Of a stretch of DNA of 64,000 nucleotides, positions 36,395-48,044 are shown in pieces. A program made the translations under genes and the position numbers. Source of the stretch: an uncultured cyanobacterium (GTDB lineage: Bacteria > Cyanobacteriota > Cyanobacteriia > Cyanobacteriales > Cyanobacteriaceae); assembly GCA_963710605.1 (NCBI GenBank), contig CAVQBA010000001.1, positions 256,001 through 320,000 on the forward strand, written 5' to 3'. The first letter of the stretch is position 1. The number at the start of each line of letters is the position of its first letter. Below the pieces are notes generated by a model that made no database searches, had not been told where the DNA came from, and saw only the letters and a list, made by a program, of their open reading frames with translations.

Positions 36395-36905
36395 TAAATA
36401 GTTGTTACGATCTGCTTTGGTTTGACAAAAGACAAACAAACACCTTCTGTATCGTAAATATATAGTTATTTCAATAAAGAGGTGAGACACTAGTATTTAT
36501 AGCAGCCTTGCAATGAATTGACAAGGCTTAACAGAGTCCGTTTAATAAATTAAACTAAGATTTTTTAGAGTCAAAATTGTCTCATTGTTATTTTAAATGA
36601 CTATATATCGTGTCTTCGATCGGACTAAGATTTAGCTTACCTTCTTTTTCTAAATATGGTCTAGTCATAAGTGCGATCGCATCTTGGATTTGCCACGAAT
36701 CGATCGTTTTTTCTTGAGCAGAATTAGGAATTGTTGTTGTTGGTTGAATACGATCGATATTACTTAAAATAAATTCAGCTACTTGATCTATTTTCGTCAA
36801 ACAATAAACTTTTTCACTTAATTTTCCTCCTGATAAAAGAGTAATTAATTCTTGAGTTGCCGGGGGAATTACTGGTTTTTTTGGAATCAAAGAATCAATT
36901 AACAT
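36395..36905 (-). pseudogene. Diverged 5' copy of the 34020-35435 gene, interrupted by a MITE and truncated
   Basis: About 105/118 aa identical to the intact gene's N-terminus; homology resumes after the insertion (IYDTEGVCLSFVKPKQI at ~36410-36462). Confidence 0.85.
36463..36603. mobile_element. 141-bp MITE-like insertion with imperfect TIRs and TA target duplication
   Basis: Ends TAGTTATTTCAATAAAGAGGTGAGACA / TGTCTCATTGTTATTTTAAATGACTA; removing it plus one TA restores codons T-I-Y-I-Y. Confidence 0.75.
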
Positions 36906-38199
36906 TCTGGTGGGATTGAGGTGAATCGATCAATTATCTCTCTATTTAAAACAGCAAAACTATTTTCTTTCCTAAAAACTTCTTGATTTTCATTAAATAA
37001 ATACTCAATAATATTTTGAATATTTTTAACTAAATTATTAGCATCTTCTTCAGTTAAATCTGATTTTGATACACCTTCAAATTGATGAACTAATCCATTT
37101 CTTAACTGACAATATTCGTCCAAACTTTCTAAATCTTTAAGTACAGATTGTGGACAAGAAAAAGAATTATACCTAATTATTACTAACATTACAGGGCGAG
37201 TAAAATAATCTAGATTGAGATTTTGCTGTTTTACTGTTTGTCTTAATTTACCATCATCATAACCTTGACAAATATCGATGACTTGTGTTTTTAGTCGATT
37301 ATTCCAAGATTGGGTAAGTAAATTAGGAGCAACAAATTTTCTGACTAAATATTTTAAAACAAACTCTTGAAAACCAAAAATTAAAATAATAAATTGTGAA
37401 TATTCTTTAGTTTTTAGTCTTACTAAAATATGATAATAAAGTTCAACTAAAATAGATGTTTGATTTTTTTTTGCTAATTGATTAATTTCTTGTGTTAATC
37501 TTTCTCAAATGATTGCGAATTTTCAATTTGAGCTTGAGCATCTTCAAAATTGGAAGCTAAACGTGAACTTCCATACTCTAATAAAGAACTAATTTGATTG
37601 TCAGTTAAAGAACTAAGTCGTAAGGTTTCGATCGCACCATTGTAGTTATAATTATTGATCTGAGTTTGAATTATATTAAGATCAAATTCTCGTTTAAGGG
37701 TATCAACATTAGCTTGAAAAACCCGATTTTGCCCTTCCTTCATCGCCTTAGGATTCCTGACTTGCCAAATATTACTTTTAGGAAAATAACCCGCCGCTTG
37801 TAAAACGGCAAATGCACTTTTCATAGCTGGTGTTCCTGAAGAACTATTAAACTCTAAAATATCGTTATTATTTTGAATAGTAGGAAGATTTGTATTAATC
37901 TTTTTGATTTCTTCTATTACTAAAGATAAATTGATCGGATCTTCTGATAATCTATTATCAACAGGAAGTAAAAAAAATTGCTCTGAAGTAAAAGGCGAGT
38001 TTTCTAATAATTCTATTAACCATTCTTTAGTCTCTTTTGCTCCTTTTTCAGTATCTATAGTGTGGAGTAAAATTATTTTTTTGATCCTTTTTTTCTGACT
38101 TAATAAATGTCTAATTAAAGTAACGATCGAACCTTCTTCATTGGTATTATGAGAAACAGGATCTTGATTTCCGACAAAGGATAAAATAATACTAGGCAT
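36899..38199 (-). CDS. Csm6-like CARF-HEPN ribonuclease, frameshifted near 37502 (~433 aa when repaired)
   Basis: CARF motifs SFVGNQDP and NSSSGTPAM; adding one A reads through 37190-37495 without stops into the 96-aa ORF carrying HEPN RNGLVH. Confidence 0.8.
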
Positions 38200-38273
38200 A
38201 GTTAGTTAATAGTAGTAGTAGTAGGTTGGATTGAAAAATGAAACCCAACTTTAGAGTTAATAATTGTTAATTC

Positions 38274-40112
38274 TCAATTGTTTGGATTGTTTATCGCTTC
38301 CACTCCAAATAAATGTCTTTTACCCCTTATTCTGGCTAAATCTTGCACAAATCTTGCTCTCATGTGATTAGGATGATTGACCGCAACGCCCCCCATAAAA
38401 ACACAGACTATTTCTTGACATTCAGAATCGTTGATGGTGGGATGAGGAGTATTAACTCTTTTGATACTTACCCACGAGCAATGAGCTTCCCCACTTCCTG
38501 CAAGTCCACCAACGTCTTGTTTTCGCTTATAAGCAGGTTTATAAATCAAATTCATCCCTTCTCCACGGGTATCAACTACGTTATCAAAATCACCCCATGT
38601 GTTATCTTCCATATCGATCGGTTCAACATCTGGATAGGGTACAGCATAAATACTACAAGTTTGAGGGGAAAACACTTCTGCATTTAAACGATTATTGGCT
38701 TGAATATTGACTCTATCTGACCAAATTGTTCTAACTGCATTTAACCAATTGTTGTAGGTTGTTTGCCAGATTTCGGCTTTGTTAGCCGACAAACTAAATT
38801 GTCTTAAATTTATTTTGCCTTGCCTGTCTCTATCCTTTGGTTCTAAGATTAGATGACATCCTCTTGATGCTTCTCGACTACTAGAACGAGTTTCCATCAT
38901 AAAGATATGTAAAGGTCGTCGCCATCCTCTACCGACACCACCGACAGTTACCGCAAATTTGATAATTGGTAAAATAATTTTGTTAAGAATATCATGGGGT
39001 TGTTTGGGGGCAGTAATTTTTAATTGTCCTTGCCATTGATAAAAAGAAGGAGCATGCTCAGATTCTTCACCCCATGTATCACCTTGAGTCATTTCAATCC
39101 TGACACAACCTTTTTGGGCTTGATTTTTGTCACCTGCATCGATACTACCCATTAATTCCCCTAGGGTTTTTTCGGCATTTTCTTGAGTCATTACTCCTAA
39201 CAAAAACCGTAGTACCCACGATCGTAACCAGCCTCGCCAATGAGCAGGGCGTAAGACTATATTATTGGTAGTTACACCGCCACAACCTTGACTATAAAGA
39301 GTGAAATCAAAAACTTCTAATGCGTTATTAGGCTCTTGAGTAATAGTAATTCGACGATCGACCTCAATTGCTCCATAACCTGAAGCTGTACGACTACCAA
39401 CACCGTATAAAGCAAGTGCTTGTTGTAACCATGACCAAACTGTATCTAATTCCTCACTAGTTACTTTACCTGCCATACCTTTAATAGCGACTTTGAAGGG
39501 AATTTTATCTTGTCCATTTCCTAATGTATATGAAGATAAAGGAGTACTTTGTCCATCATGATAAACCTGAAATCCTTGTTGAGGATTGACGATATCTAAG
39601 GTTACTTTTTGGTGAGTGGTAGGATAAGCATCCAAAAATTGAATTTTCCCCGCACTGATTTTGTCATTTTCTTGCTTACCTAATAACTTTTCCATTTGGG
39701 TTTTAATCTCAGGACGTTTGTTTGCCCATGTCCTGACTAAGCCACGGATACTAGAAGCAGGGATATAACCATTGAGAGGTAAAGTTTTAAACCAGTCATT
39801 ATTTTCGCCCACATTTCTTTTGGCTTCAGGGCGAGATATTTTCTCTGGGCATGAGGAATTTTCTTTTTGTGTATTTGTTCTCTTCCATGCTTGCTGTACA
39901 CTTTGTTTCGTTTCTGTCTTTTTTGGCTTCCATGCCCCGTCTGGCTCTGAGGCTGGGATCATCGTTTCTATATCTGGATGAGGATATGAGCCTACTTTTG
40001 CCCTCCATTGAAGGGTAAATTCGCCTTGCTTAAATAAGTTGTCTTGATTACGTTCTTTTTGTTGTTGAGCTAAAAGTTCAATCAGTTTGATGGCTGTATT
40101 TGGTCTGGGCAT
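38274..40112 (-). CDS. Cmr6-Cmr1-like double RAMP fusion
   Basis: PASSIRG, FLDAYP, DIVNP, GVGSRTASGYG (Cmr6-like); WRGWLRSW, GGVGRGWRR (Cmr1-like). Confidence 0.8.
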   Translation of the reverse strand: MPRPNTAIKLIELLAQQQKERNQDNLFKQGEFTLQWRAKVGSYPHPDIETMIPASEPDGAWKPKKTETKQSVQQAWKRTNTQKENSSCPEKISRPEAKRNVGENNDWFKTLPLNGYIPASSIRGLVRTWANKRPEIKTQMEKLLGKQENDKISAGKIQFLDAYPTTHQKVTLDIVNPQQGFQVYHDGQSTPLSSYTLGNGQDKIPFKVAIKGMAGKVTSEELDTVWSWLQQALALYGVGSRTASGYGAIEVDRRITITQEPNNALEVFDFTLYSQGCGGVTTNNIVLRPAHWRGWLRSWVLRFLLGVMTQENAEKTLGELMGSIDAGDKNQAQKGCVRIEMTQGDTWGEESEHAPSFYQWQGQLKITAPKQPHDILNKIILPIIKFAVTVGGVGRGWRRPLHIFMMETRSSSREASRGCHLILEPKDRDRQGKINLRQFSLSANKAEIWQTTYNNWLNAVRTIWSDRVNIQANNRLNAEVFSPQTCSIYAVPYPDVEPIDMEDNTWGDFDNVVDTRGEGMNLIYKPAYKRKQDVGGLAGSGEAHCSWVSIKRVNTPHPTINDSECQEIVCVFMGGVAVNHPNHMRARFVQDLARIRGKRHLFGVEAINNPNN

Positions 40113-40164
40113 GGTGGTTTGTCGTTAGGAGAATAATCGAAATAGTTTTAGTTAATCTAAATTA

Positions 40165-40704
40165 TTAATCTGATTGTTTGTACGCTCTACCCCAAAAGTT
40201 CCAGTAAGAAGATATTGCTAAGGCTTTTCGCCACATTCTCATATATTCGGTGGAATTGTTTTGTGCCATTTGTTGAACTTTTTTCATTAACTCATCAGCT
40301 TTGATGTCTTTGTTGTTATCGATTAGTTGTCCTAAAAGCGATCGCCATACAGGTATTGTTCTTTGTCGGACATCTCCTCCTTGATCATTAGTTTGATTGA
40401 TATAACCCACCGCAGAAAGTAAACCAAATACCCTTAAATGCGTGGATAATCTTAAAATAGCAGTTAATTCTTTTTCTTCCATCAGAGGATTATCGCCTAA
40501 ATAATTTTGAATATGTTCGTAAGCAGTTAAACTCATTTGTTCAGGTTGCACCATGTTGGTTTTAATTGATGATGGAGGTGATACGGTTGCGTTGGTGGAT
40601 GACTTATTTGGTGCTTTTGGTTGGTTTTTTTGATTTGATGAACTTGAATTGTTTTGTTTTTGTTTTTGTTTTTGTTTTTGTGGATGTCTATTGTTTTTAG
40701 CCAT
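40165..40704 (-). CDS. cmr5: Cmr5/Cas11 small subunit with low-complexity N-terminus
   Basis: Position between cmr4 and cmr6; helical domain RLSTHLRVFGLLSAVGY; ATG at 40704 preferred. Confidence 0.65.
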   Translation of the reverse strand: MAKNNRHPQKQKQKQKQNNSSSSNQKNQPKAPNKSSTNATVSPPSSIKTNMVQPEQMSLTAYEHIQNYLGDNPLMEEKELTAILRLSTHLRVFGLLSAVGYINQTNDQGGDVRQRTIPVWRSLLGQLIDNNKDIKADELMKKVQQMAQNNSTEYMRMWRKALAISSYWNFWGRAYKQSD

Positions 40705-40808
40705 TATCTTGTCTTTATTTGAGCTAATGAATACTTTTAAATTTTTAGTAGGGCGATGCACACCCCACCACCATGATTCAAACTATAATCTCTTGAACGA
40801 GTTGTTGA

Positions 40809-41708
40809 TCAAGTAGATTGAGCTGTTGCTTGTGAAACGGATGAACTAGCTAAAGGAGACTTGTTATCCGCAACCCAACTTTGTACCCAACCTCGCCCAA
40901 CACTGGCTTGCCCACCAACTTGAATCAATCCTTCTACTACTTCGATCAATTGATTATGGTCATCCTCAGTGATAGGATTACTTTGATTGAGACTATACCC
41001 CCACGGATAATAAAAAATAGTGTCTCTAGGTATGCAGACATCCGTCCAAAAAACCTCCGCACTTCCTGCTTCCTCTCCTATGTCTTGAATTTTGTTTCTG
41101 ATTTGTGTCCACAAGGAATGCTCCATCAAAATTTGAAAATCAGCATCGGGTAAAACCAAATGACTTTGCTCCCAAGCACTTTTAACTGAATCACCTAAAG
41201 AAGGACACCAATTACTTGCTAAGGAAATAACTGCTTTTTGCTGTGCTGACAAACTAGAGATAGGAGTGACATTAATTTTGGCATCGGCTACCGTATAAGT
41301 ATCACCAGTTGTCCCCACGGCACAGTTAGGCAAAGCAACAGCAGGTAAACCTGCAATCAAAGCATGATCTCGGATTAAACTATGACAACTAACCCAAGTA
41401 AAAACATCGCTATTATTACGAGACATTGTCGGCATCGGTACCCATAATAAACGACCATCTCCAAACCAAACTTGATGTACTCCCATTTGTCCATCACCGT
41501 CGAGTTTTCGCCCAAATAATCGCTCAGCTAGATCAAAATCGATCGATTCTAGTTCATTTCTAAGATTACCTCTTAAAGTAGAACCAGGGATATAAGGAAA
41601 ATTGGTATGGGCTTCTCTCGCAATTTCTAAAATATTACCCAAATCACCTTCTCCACCGCAATGTACAGGAGAAAGACTGTATAAATAACCAACACGAAAA
41701 TCTGACAT
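40809..41708 (-). CDS. cmr4: Type III-B RAMP Cmr4
   Basis: SPVHCGG..D...IAREAHTNFPYIPGSTLRG; QVGGQASVGRG. Confidence 0.92.
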   Translation of the reverse strand: MSDFRVGYLYSLSPVHCGGEGDLGNILEIAREAHTNFPYIPGSTLRGNLRNELESIDFDLAERLFGRKLDGDGQMGVHQVWFGDGRLLWVPMPTMSRNNSDVFTWVSCHSLIRDHALIAGLPAVALPNCAVGTTGDTYTVADAKINVTPISSLSAQQKAVISLASNWCPSLGDSVKSAWEQSHLVLPDADFQILMEHSLWTQIRNKIQDIGEEAGSAEVFWTDVCIPRDTIFYYPWGYSLNQSNPITEDDHNQLIEVVEGLIQVGGQASVGRGWVQSWVADNKSPLASSSVSQATAQST

Positions 41709-41712
41709 AGTT

Positions 41713-42882
<1,170 letters not shown>

Positions 42883-42984
42883 TTAAGTGTATTTATTCCC
42901 CTCATTGATAGGAGGGGTTAGGGGAGGTTGGTTTTAAGTGTATTTATTCCCCTCATTGATAGGAGGGGTTAGGGGAGGTTGGTT
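42883..42984. repeat. Exact 51-bp tandem duplication with CCCCTC...GAGGGG hairpin
   Basis: TTAAGTGTATTTATTCCCCTCATTGATAGGAGGGGTTAGGGGAGGTTGGTT twice. Confidence 0.95.
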
Positions 42985-45900
42985 TTAACTATTAACTATT
43001 TTTATTTCTCGATTACGAATAACAAAAGCGGCTAATCTTAACCAATTACTAGTTTCCTCAGTAAAGTTTTCTGAAGGACTTTTGTTCCACATTGACTCAA
43101 CAAAATCAGCTAGTTTTACTTGAAATTCACTCAGTTTTGTTTTCTCCAAATTAGTTCTTCTTTCACTAAATGCTCTTATCCAAGGTAAAATTGCTTGTTT
43201 AGTGGGAATAGGATAATTTTTTAAATATTCTGATGTTACTTCAAAAATACTACTAGTTAAATCAAGGCTAATTAGTTGTCGCCAAGTGTCGAGAGTCTCA
43301 AATTTAGCGGTAGCTTTAAGGATATTACCGCTACCATAAATAACTCTGACTTGTAAAGCATCTTTTTGATATAATTCGTTATTATCGTTATATTCGTGTT
43401 GTTTGGCTTGCTCTTCGGCTTCCCATAAGTTTTCAAGTGCGATCGCCATTGGTACAGAATGATGAGCTATGGTGATGCCAAAACTAATACTTGCATTACC
43501 ACCCATAGTAAAAAGAGGACGAGCAGAAAGAGATTCTGGTAAGGGTTTGTGATTACCCCATTGCCAATAATCACCTTTATTCACAAACTCGTTTTGAGGA
43601 TCTTTTTTACCTTGAAAACATTGGCGTAAATCCCACAACCAACTATCCCATTCCCACAGATTGGTATAAGCGAGAACATCATCGCCACCACCATAAATTA
43701 GTCTTCCTGCATATCTTTCTTGGGTTAGATAGGGTACAAGTCGATTAGAAAAATCAAGTAAAGCACGGCTTAACGCACTATGAGTAGAGGGGCCCATTCT
43801 TTTAGTGGCGGTTAAAAATTCGCTCATGGATTGACGTAAGTTTTCTGGCATTTGAGCAATTTTAGCTTTTAACTGTTCAGGAATATAGTCGTTATAGGCT
43901 TTGAGTTTATTGCCTCGTAACCATTCCCCCATCCCATCACCATCACCTGCGGCTAAAATGTACCAATCAGTGGGATTATTACCAACTTGATAATGTTTGG
44001 TTATTTCAAGCCGTAGTTTAACTAATTCATTTTTTTTCGCTGTTAATATTTGTTGGCTTGAATTATCAGGAGTAGAAGGATTAAACTCGTCAATTAACCA
44101 ACCTGCATTTAACAAACGAGGATTTAACCATTTTGGTTGATGTTTGGCTATCCACGGAATACCCCAAGGTAAATTAGCGGGTGATTCTTGATTCTGATTT
44201 GCCCAAGGAAATTGATTGACTATACTTTGACAAGCTTGATGATAATAATCGATCGCTTCTTGGTCTTCATTTTCAGCTAAACTTCTTAAGTAACCTGCTA
44301 CACCCGAACTTAAATCTGGATAAAGAATTGGTACTTTAGTATTTTCCAAGTTATCATTAGGATAAAGTTCAGCTAACAAAATTTGGTGTAAAACACGTTT
44401 GAGTATTTCACTAGGATTGAGTTGTTCAATGCCATCAAATAAACCTAAAGTTTCTGTCCAAAATTGACGTGTCTCTCCTTCTGTAACCCATTCTGTTTGA
44501 TTCTGAGCCATTACGGGGTGAGCTACTGAACCAATTCCTGAGATAGTCGATTGAGGTGCAAAACAAGTTGGTATTTTCCAGTTACGAGCATTTTTTACTG
44601 CATTTAAACTATAACGTAACTGATCAAATGTACTTGCCCACCATGAACCAACATTAAGATTAGATTTTTGATTGCTATTTTGTTGTTGACAAAAGACAAA
44701 AACTGCTTCTAAAAATTGTTGTTCTGAATTTAAAAATAATCCAGGTTGAGGATTAGCGTAATTGTTTTGTTGTTGAATCCATTGATTATATTCTGTTGCT
44801 TCTAGATTAGAGACAGTTGCTGATTTTTGAGGTTGAAAAGATACACTTAATTGTTCGATATCAGGATTACCCATCGGGATAGAAACCCAATAACTTTGCC
44901 ATTGTGCTTTTAACCAACTATTCCATACAGGTAAATTAATCTCTTGCCATTGCTTACCTTGATGTCTGTTTTGAATAAAAGTTAAGACTACATCACCTAA
45001 TTTTTGCCATTCTTTTTTAAGGGTATTATCAGCATATTCCATCGCCGCTTTGACTGGATTGTTTTTGATGGTATTTTCATCTTTACCATTATTGGGTAAT
45101 ATCATAACTAAAACATTGGGAAATCCTGCGGTTAAAATTGATTCGGTGGCTGGTTTTTTAATCCATTGAGCAAAATCAGGATATTTTTGTAATAACCAAT
45201 GATCGATTAATGGTTGTTCATACAGACAAGGATACAATAAGGTATCAGCACCATATTTAAAAGCGATCGCCCAGGCTACTTTTGCACTAAGATAATGCAA
45301 TAACCACGAACCCGCCCAAAAATCACGCATCTTCCGACTAGCTTTAATTAATTCTTGTACTGGGCTAAAACTAAAGGTAGTTAGATAAGGGCGAGATTGT
45401 TCAAATTCTTCAGTTTCTGTTTGGGGATATTGGTTTTCATCATTATAATAACCTGCTAATCCACCTGCGATAGCGGAAGTCATCGTCACCTGACTCCAAA
45501 TAGAAGCATCTGGTAATTTAGTTTCTGCGGGTAACAGATGAATATTAGCTTCTTGCCCCGCAATGATTTCGGGATAACACCGCCATAACCACCAATGAAC
45601 TTTTTGGGGATTTTGCCAATCTTTAATTTGATTTAAGGCATTTCTTTGGATATTTTCTAAAAATTGCGGTTGTGTATTGTCGATTAATTTATCATGCCAA
45701 TTATCACAAATAACTTGTTGTGGCTTCCCTGAGAGTAGATGATGGACGGCTATTCCTGCGTCATTATATTTGACTTCACTATATTCATTCGGTAATTTAT
45801 CTATAGTAGTACGATCGCTTGCCGAAGCAATTGATTCAGATAAACCAATTCTTGTTAGCCATTCTTGATTAAAATTATGCGGTTGAGTTTGAGTATTTTG

Positions 45901-46038
45901 AGTAGGAGATACCCAATCAGTCATACAAGCGAGTATTTTCCAAAGTTCAGATGTTTGACCATTACTACTAGATGAATTTTTAAGTAATGGTTGATGAAGC
46001 AATCCCCAAATTTTAGCTTGCCAGTAAGCTTTTGTCAC
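42985..46038 (-). CDS. cas10: Type III-B Cas10/Cmr2
   Basis: FSPVQELIKASRKMRDFWAGSWLL, AGDGDGMG, YGGGDDV palm motif; HD position reads HQ. Confidence 0.95.
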   Translation of the reverse strand: MTKAYWQAKIWGLLHQPLLKNSSSSNGQTSELWKILACMTDWVSPTQNTQTQPHNFNQEWLTRIGLSESIASASDRTTIDKLPNEYSEVKYNDAGIAVHHLLSGKPQQVICDNWHDKLIDNTQPQFLENIQRNALNQIKDWQNPQKVHWWLWRCYPEIIAGQEANIHLLPAETKLPDASIWSQVTMTSAIAGGLAGYYNDENQYPQTETEEFEQSRPYLTTFSFSPVQELIKASRKMRDFWAGSWLLHYLSAKVAWAIAFKYGADTLLYPCLYEQPLIDHWLLQKYPDFAQWIKKPATESILTAGFPNVLVMILPNNGKDENTIKNNPVKAAMEYADNTLKKEWQKLGDVVLTFIQNRHQGKQWQEINLPVWNSWLKAQWQSYWVSIPMGNPDIEQLSVSFQPQKSATVSNLEATEYNQWIQQQNNYANPQPGLFLNSEQQFLEAVFVFCQQQNSNQKSNLNVGSWWASTFDQLRYSLNAVKNARNWKIPTCFAPQSTISGIGSVAHPVMAQNQTEWVTEGETRQFWTETLGLFDGIEQLNPSEILKRVLHQILLAELYPNDNLENTKVPILYPDLSSGVAGYLRSLAENEDQEAIDYYHQACQSIVNQFPWANQNQESPANLPWGIPWIAKHQPKWLNPRLLNAGWLIDEFNPSTPDNSSQQILTAKKNELVKLRLEITKHYQVGNNPTDWYILAAGDGDGMGEWLRGNKLKAYNDYIPEQLKAKIAQMPENLRQSMSEFLTATKRMGPSTHSALSRALLDFSNRLVPYLTQERYAGRLIYGGGDDVLAYTNLWEWDSWLWDLRQCFQGKKDPQNEFVNKGDYWQWGNHKPLPESLSARPLFTMGGNASISFGITIAHHSVPMAIALENLWEAEEQAKQHEYNDNNELYQKDALQVRVIYGSGNILKATAKFETLDTWRQLISLDLTSSIFEVTSEYLKNYPIPTKQAILPWIRAFSERRTNLEKTKLSEFQVKLADFVESMWNKSPSENFTEETSNWLRLAAFVIRNREIKIVNS

Positions 46039-46269
46039 AATTTATTTTGATTGATAATTTCTAATAATTTAATTTAACCAATTATTTCGTTGTCTGTCAC
46101 GAAAAAGAAAATATTATCTTTTTTTTCTTTGGTTGGTTTAAGCATAGATTATATCTAAGTTATTTTACTCTTCTGATTAACTTTATAAATATTATCTTTT
46201 TAAAGAATATCGCAATAATAATTAGCAATAATAACAACATATTTATCTTCCATCACCGAATTACTATAA

Positions 46270-46566
46270 ATGAATATCTCTTCGCAAGGAACATTAATCA
46301 AGAATATTTCGATTGCTTTTTTTAATGGTTTAATCACCTTAATCTTATTACTAATCGCCCCTTTAGGACTTGCTACCGTAATTTTTAATACCCTAGCTAT
46401 TACAATATCTAGTTTTGCAGTAGCAACTTTATTTGACAAAATTACTGAGTGGTTAATTACCTCAGCCCGATTAAAAACTTTAGATAAATCTTTATCTAAT
46501 CATCCAATACCTGATAATTTGTTACCGAATCCTGACAAAAACAAGATTGACAGAATAGATAGATAA
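46270..46566 (+). CDS. csx18: Csx18-like small membrane protein
   Basis: NGLITLILLLIAPLGLA, 2 TM segments, directly upstream of cas1 as in cyanobacterial III-B variant loci. Confidence 0.7.
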   Translation: MNISSQGTLIKNISIAFFNGLITLILLLIAPLGLATVIFNTLAITISSFAVATLFDKITEWLITSARLKTLDKSLSNHPIPDNLLPNPDKNKIDRIDR

Positions 46567-46576
46567 AACAACAATA

Positions 46577-47569
46577 ATGCAAACTTTATACGTTTCTACA
46601 CAAGGGTGTTATTTATGTCTAGAAAAAGAATTAATCGTCATCAAAAAACAAGGTGAAATCTTAAATAAAGCCCAATTACCATTACTCGAACAGATTTTAA
46701 TTTTTGGTCAATCTCATTTAACTACCCAAGCTATTCGGGCTTGTTTGTTTTTTAATATTCCCATTGTTTATCTTTCTCGCATGGGTTATTGTTATGGACG
46801 TACGATCGCAATCGATCGAGGTTATCGTCAGTTAGCTCGTTATCAACAACAAGTTACTTTAGTTGATAAATTAATTGTTGCCCGTCAGATTGTTACGGGA
46901 AAATTAAACAATTGTAAAATAATTTTACAAAGACAACAAAGAAAAAAGTCACATTTAGAATTAAATAAAGCAATTCAAAGTTTAGATCATCTTAAAAAAC
47001 AAGTTGCTAATGCCGAACAAATCGATCGTTTGATGGGTTACGAAGGTGCAGGGGCGGCAATTTATTTTCCTGCTTTCGGAAAATGTATTAGTAACACTGA
47101 TTTTTTATTTTATCATCGCTCTCGTCGCCCTCCTACTAACGAAATTAACGCCCTACTTAGTTTTGGTTATCAAATATTATGGAATCACTTATTTGCTTTG
47201 ATTGAAATACAAGGGTTAGATCCGTATTATGGTTGTTTACACCAAGATTCAACAGGTCATGCAGTTTTAGCTTCTGATTTGATTGAAGAATTTAGGGCAA
47301 GTATTGTTGATTCTCTGGTTTTATATTTAGTTAATAAAAAAATCATCAAAGCCGAAACAGATTTTGTTTTTCGTGATGGTGGTTGTTTTCTCAGTGACTT
47401 AGGTAGAAGAAAATACCTTCGTGCTTTTTTAACTAGGATGGAAGAAACAGTAACTAATGATAAGCAAGAAAAGTTACCTCGCTGGGAATTGTTGATGCAA
47501 CAGGTAAGAAAAATCAAACAATTTTTTTATCATCCCATCAATGGTTATCAACCTTATTTGCTTAAGTAA
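46577..47569 (+). CDS. cas1: CRISPR integrase Cas1
   Basis: LMGYEGAGA..YF, RRPP...NALLSFGY, GCLH, DLIEEFR. Confidence 0.96.
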   Translation: MQTLYVSTQGCYLCLEKELIVIKKQGEILNKAQLPLLEQILIFGQSHLTTQAIRACLFFNIPIVYLSRMGYCYGRTIAIDRGYRQLARYQQQVTLVDKLIVARQIVTGKLNNCKIILQRQQRKKSHLELNKAIQSLDHLKKQVANAEQIDRLMGYEGAGAAIYFPAFGKCISNTDFLFYHRSRRPPTNEINALLSFGYQILWNHLFALIEIQGLDPYYGCLHQDSTGHAVLASDLIEEFRASIVDSLVLYLVNKKIIKAETDFVFRDGGCFLSDLGRRKYLRAFLTRMEETVTNDKQEKLPRWELLMQQVRKIKQFFYHPINGYQPYLLK

Positions 47570-47571
47570 CT

Positions 47572-47856
47572 TTGATTTTGTTTTATTTAATTTGTTACGA
47601 CATACCTGATGATAAAAGGAGGAAAAAAATCGCCGCTCTTCTTGAAGGTTATGGGGAGAGGGTTCAATATAGTGTTTTTGAGTGTAATTTAAAAACCAAA
47701 CAATATCGAGTGTTACAAATCAGACTGCGAAAAATATTCAATCCAGAAAAAGATAATCTCAGATTTTATCCTATTTCTACTCATACTTTTGCTCAAATAG
47801 AAGTTTGGGGAGTCGCTGTTGAGGTTACTTCTCCTGCTGATTCGATTATTATTTGA
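47572..47856 (+). CDS. cas2: CRISPR protein Cas2
   Basis: YLICYDIPDDKRR...YGERVQYSVFEC. Confidence 0.96.
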   Translation: MILFYLICYDIPDDKRRKKIAALLEGYGERVQYSVFECNLKTKQYRVLQIRLRKIFNPEKDNLRFYPISTHTFAQIEVWGVAVEVTSPADSIII

Positions 47857-48044
47857 ATATATTGTGATGACTATCATTGAATAATCTCTTAAACCTACCA
47901 ATATCGTTTTAACCCTCGCTCTCCCTATCAATGGGGTTTTTAGCTATTTTTACTTGCCTATTTTCATCTTTGCTTCTACAATATTTCTATCGCTCGGAAA
48001 TGGCTTCTGCAATTATTGCTAGATATAACTTTGACGATCGAACC
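47857..48044 (+). promoter_or_regulatory. CRISPR leader with putative promoter (-35 TTGCCT 47954, 17 bp, -10 TACAAT 47977)
   Basis: AT-rich stretch between cas2 and first repeat; elements conserved with the copy at 35664-35758. Confidence 0.8.
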
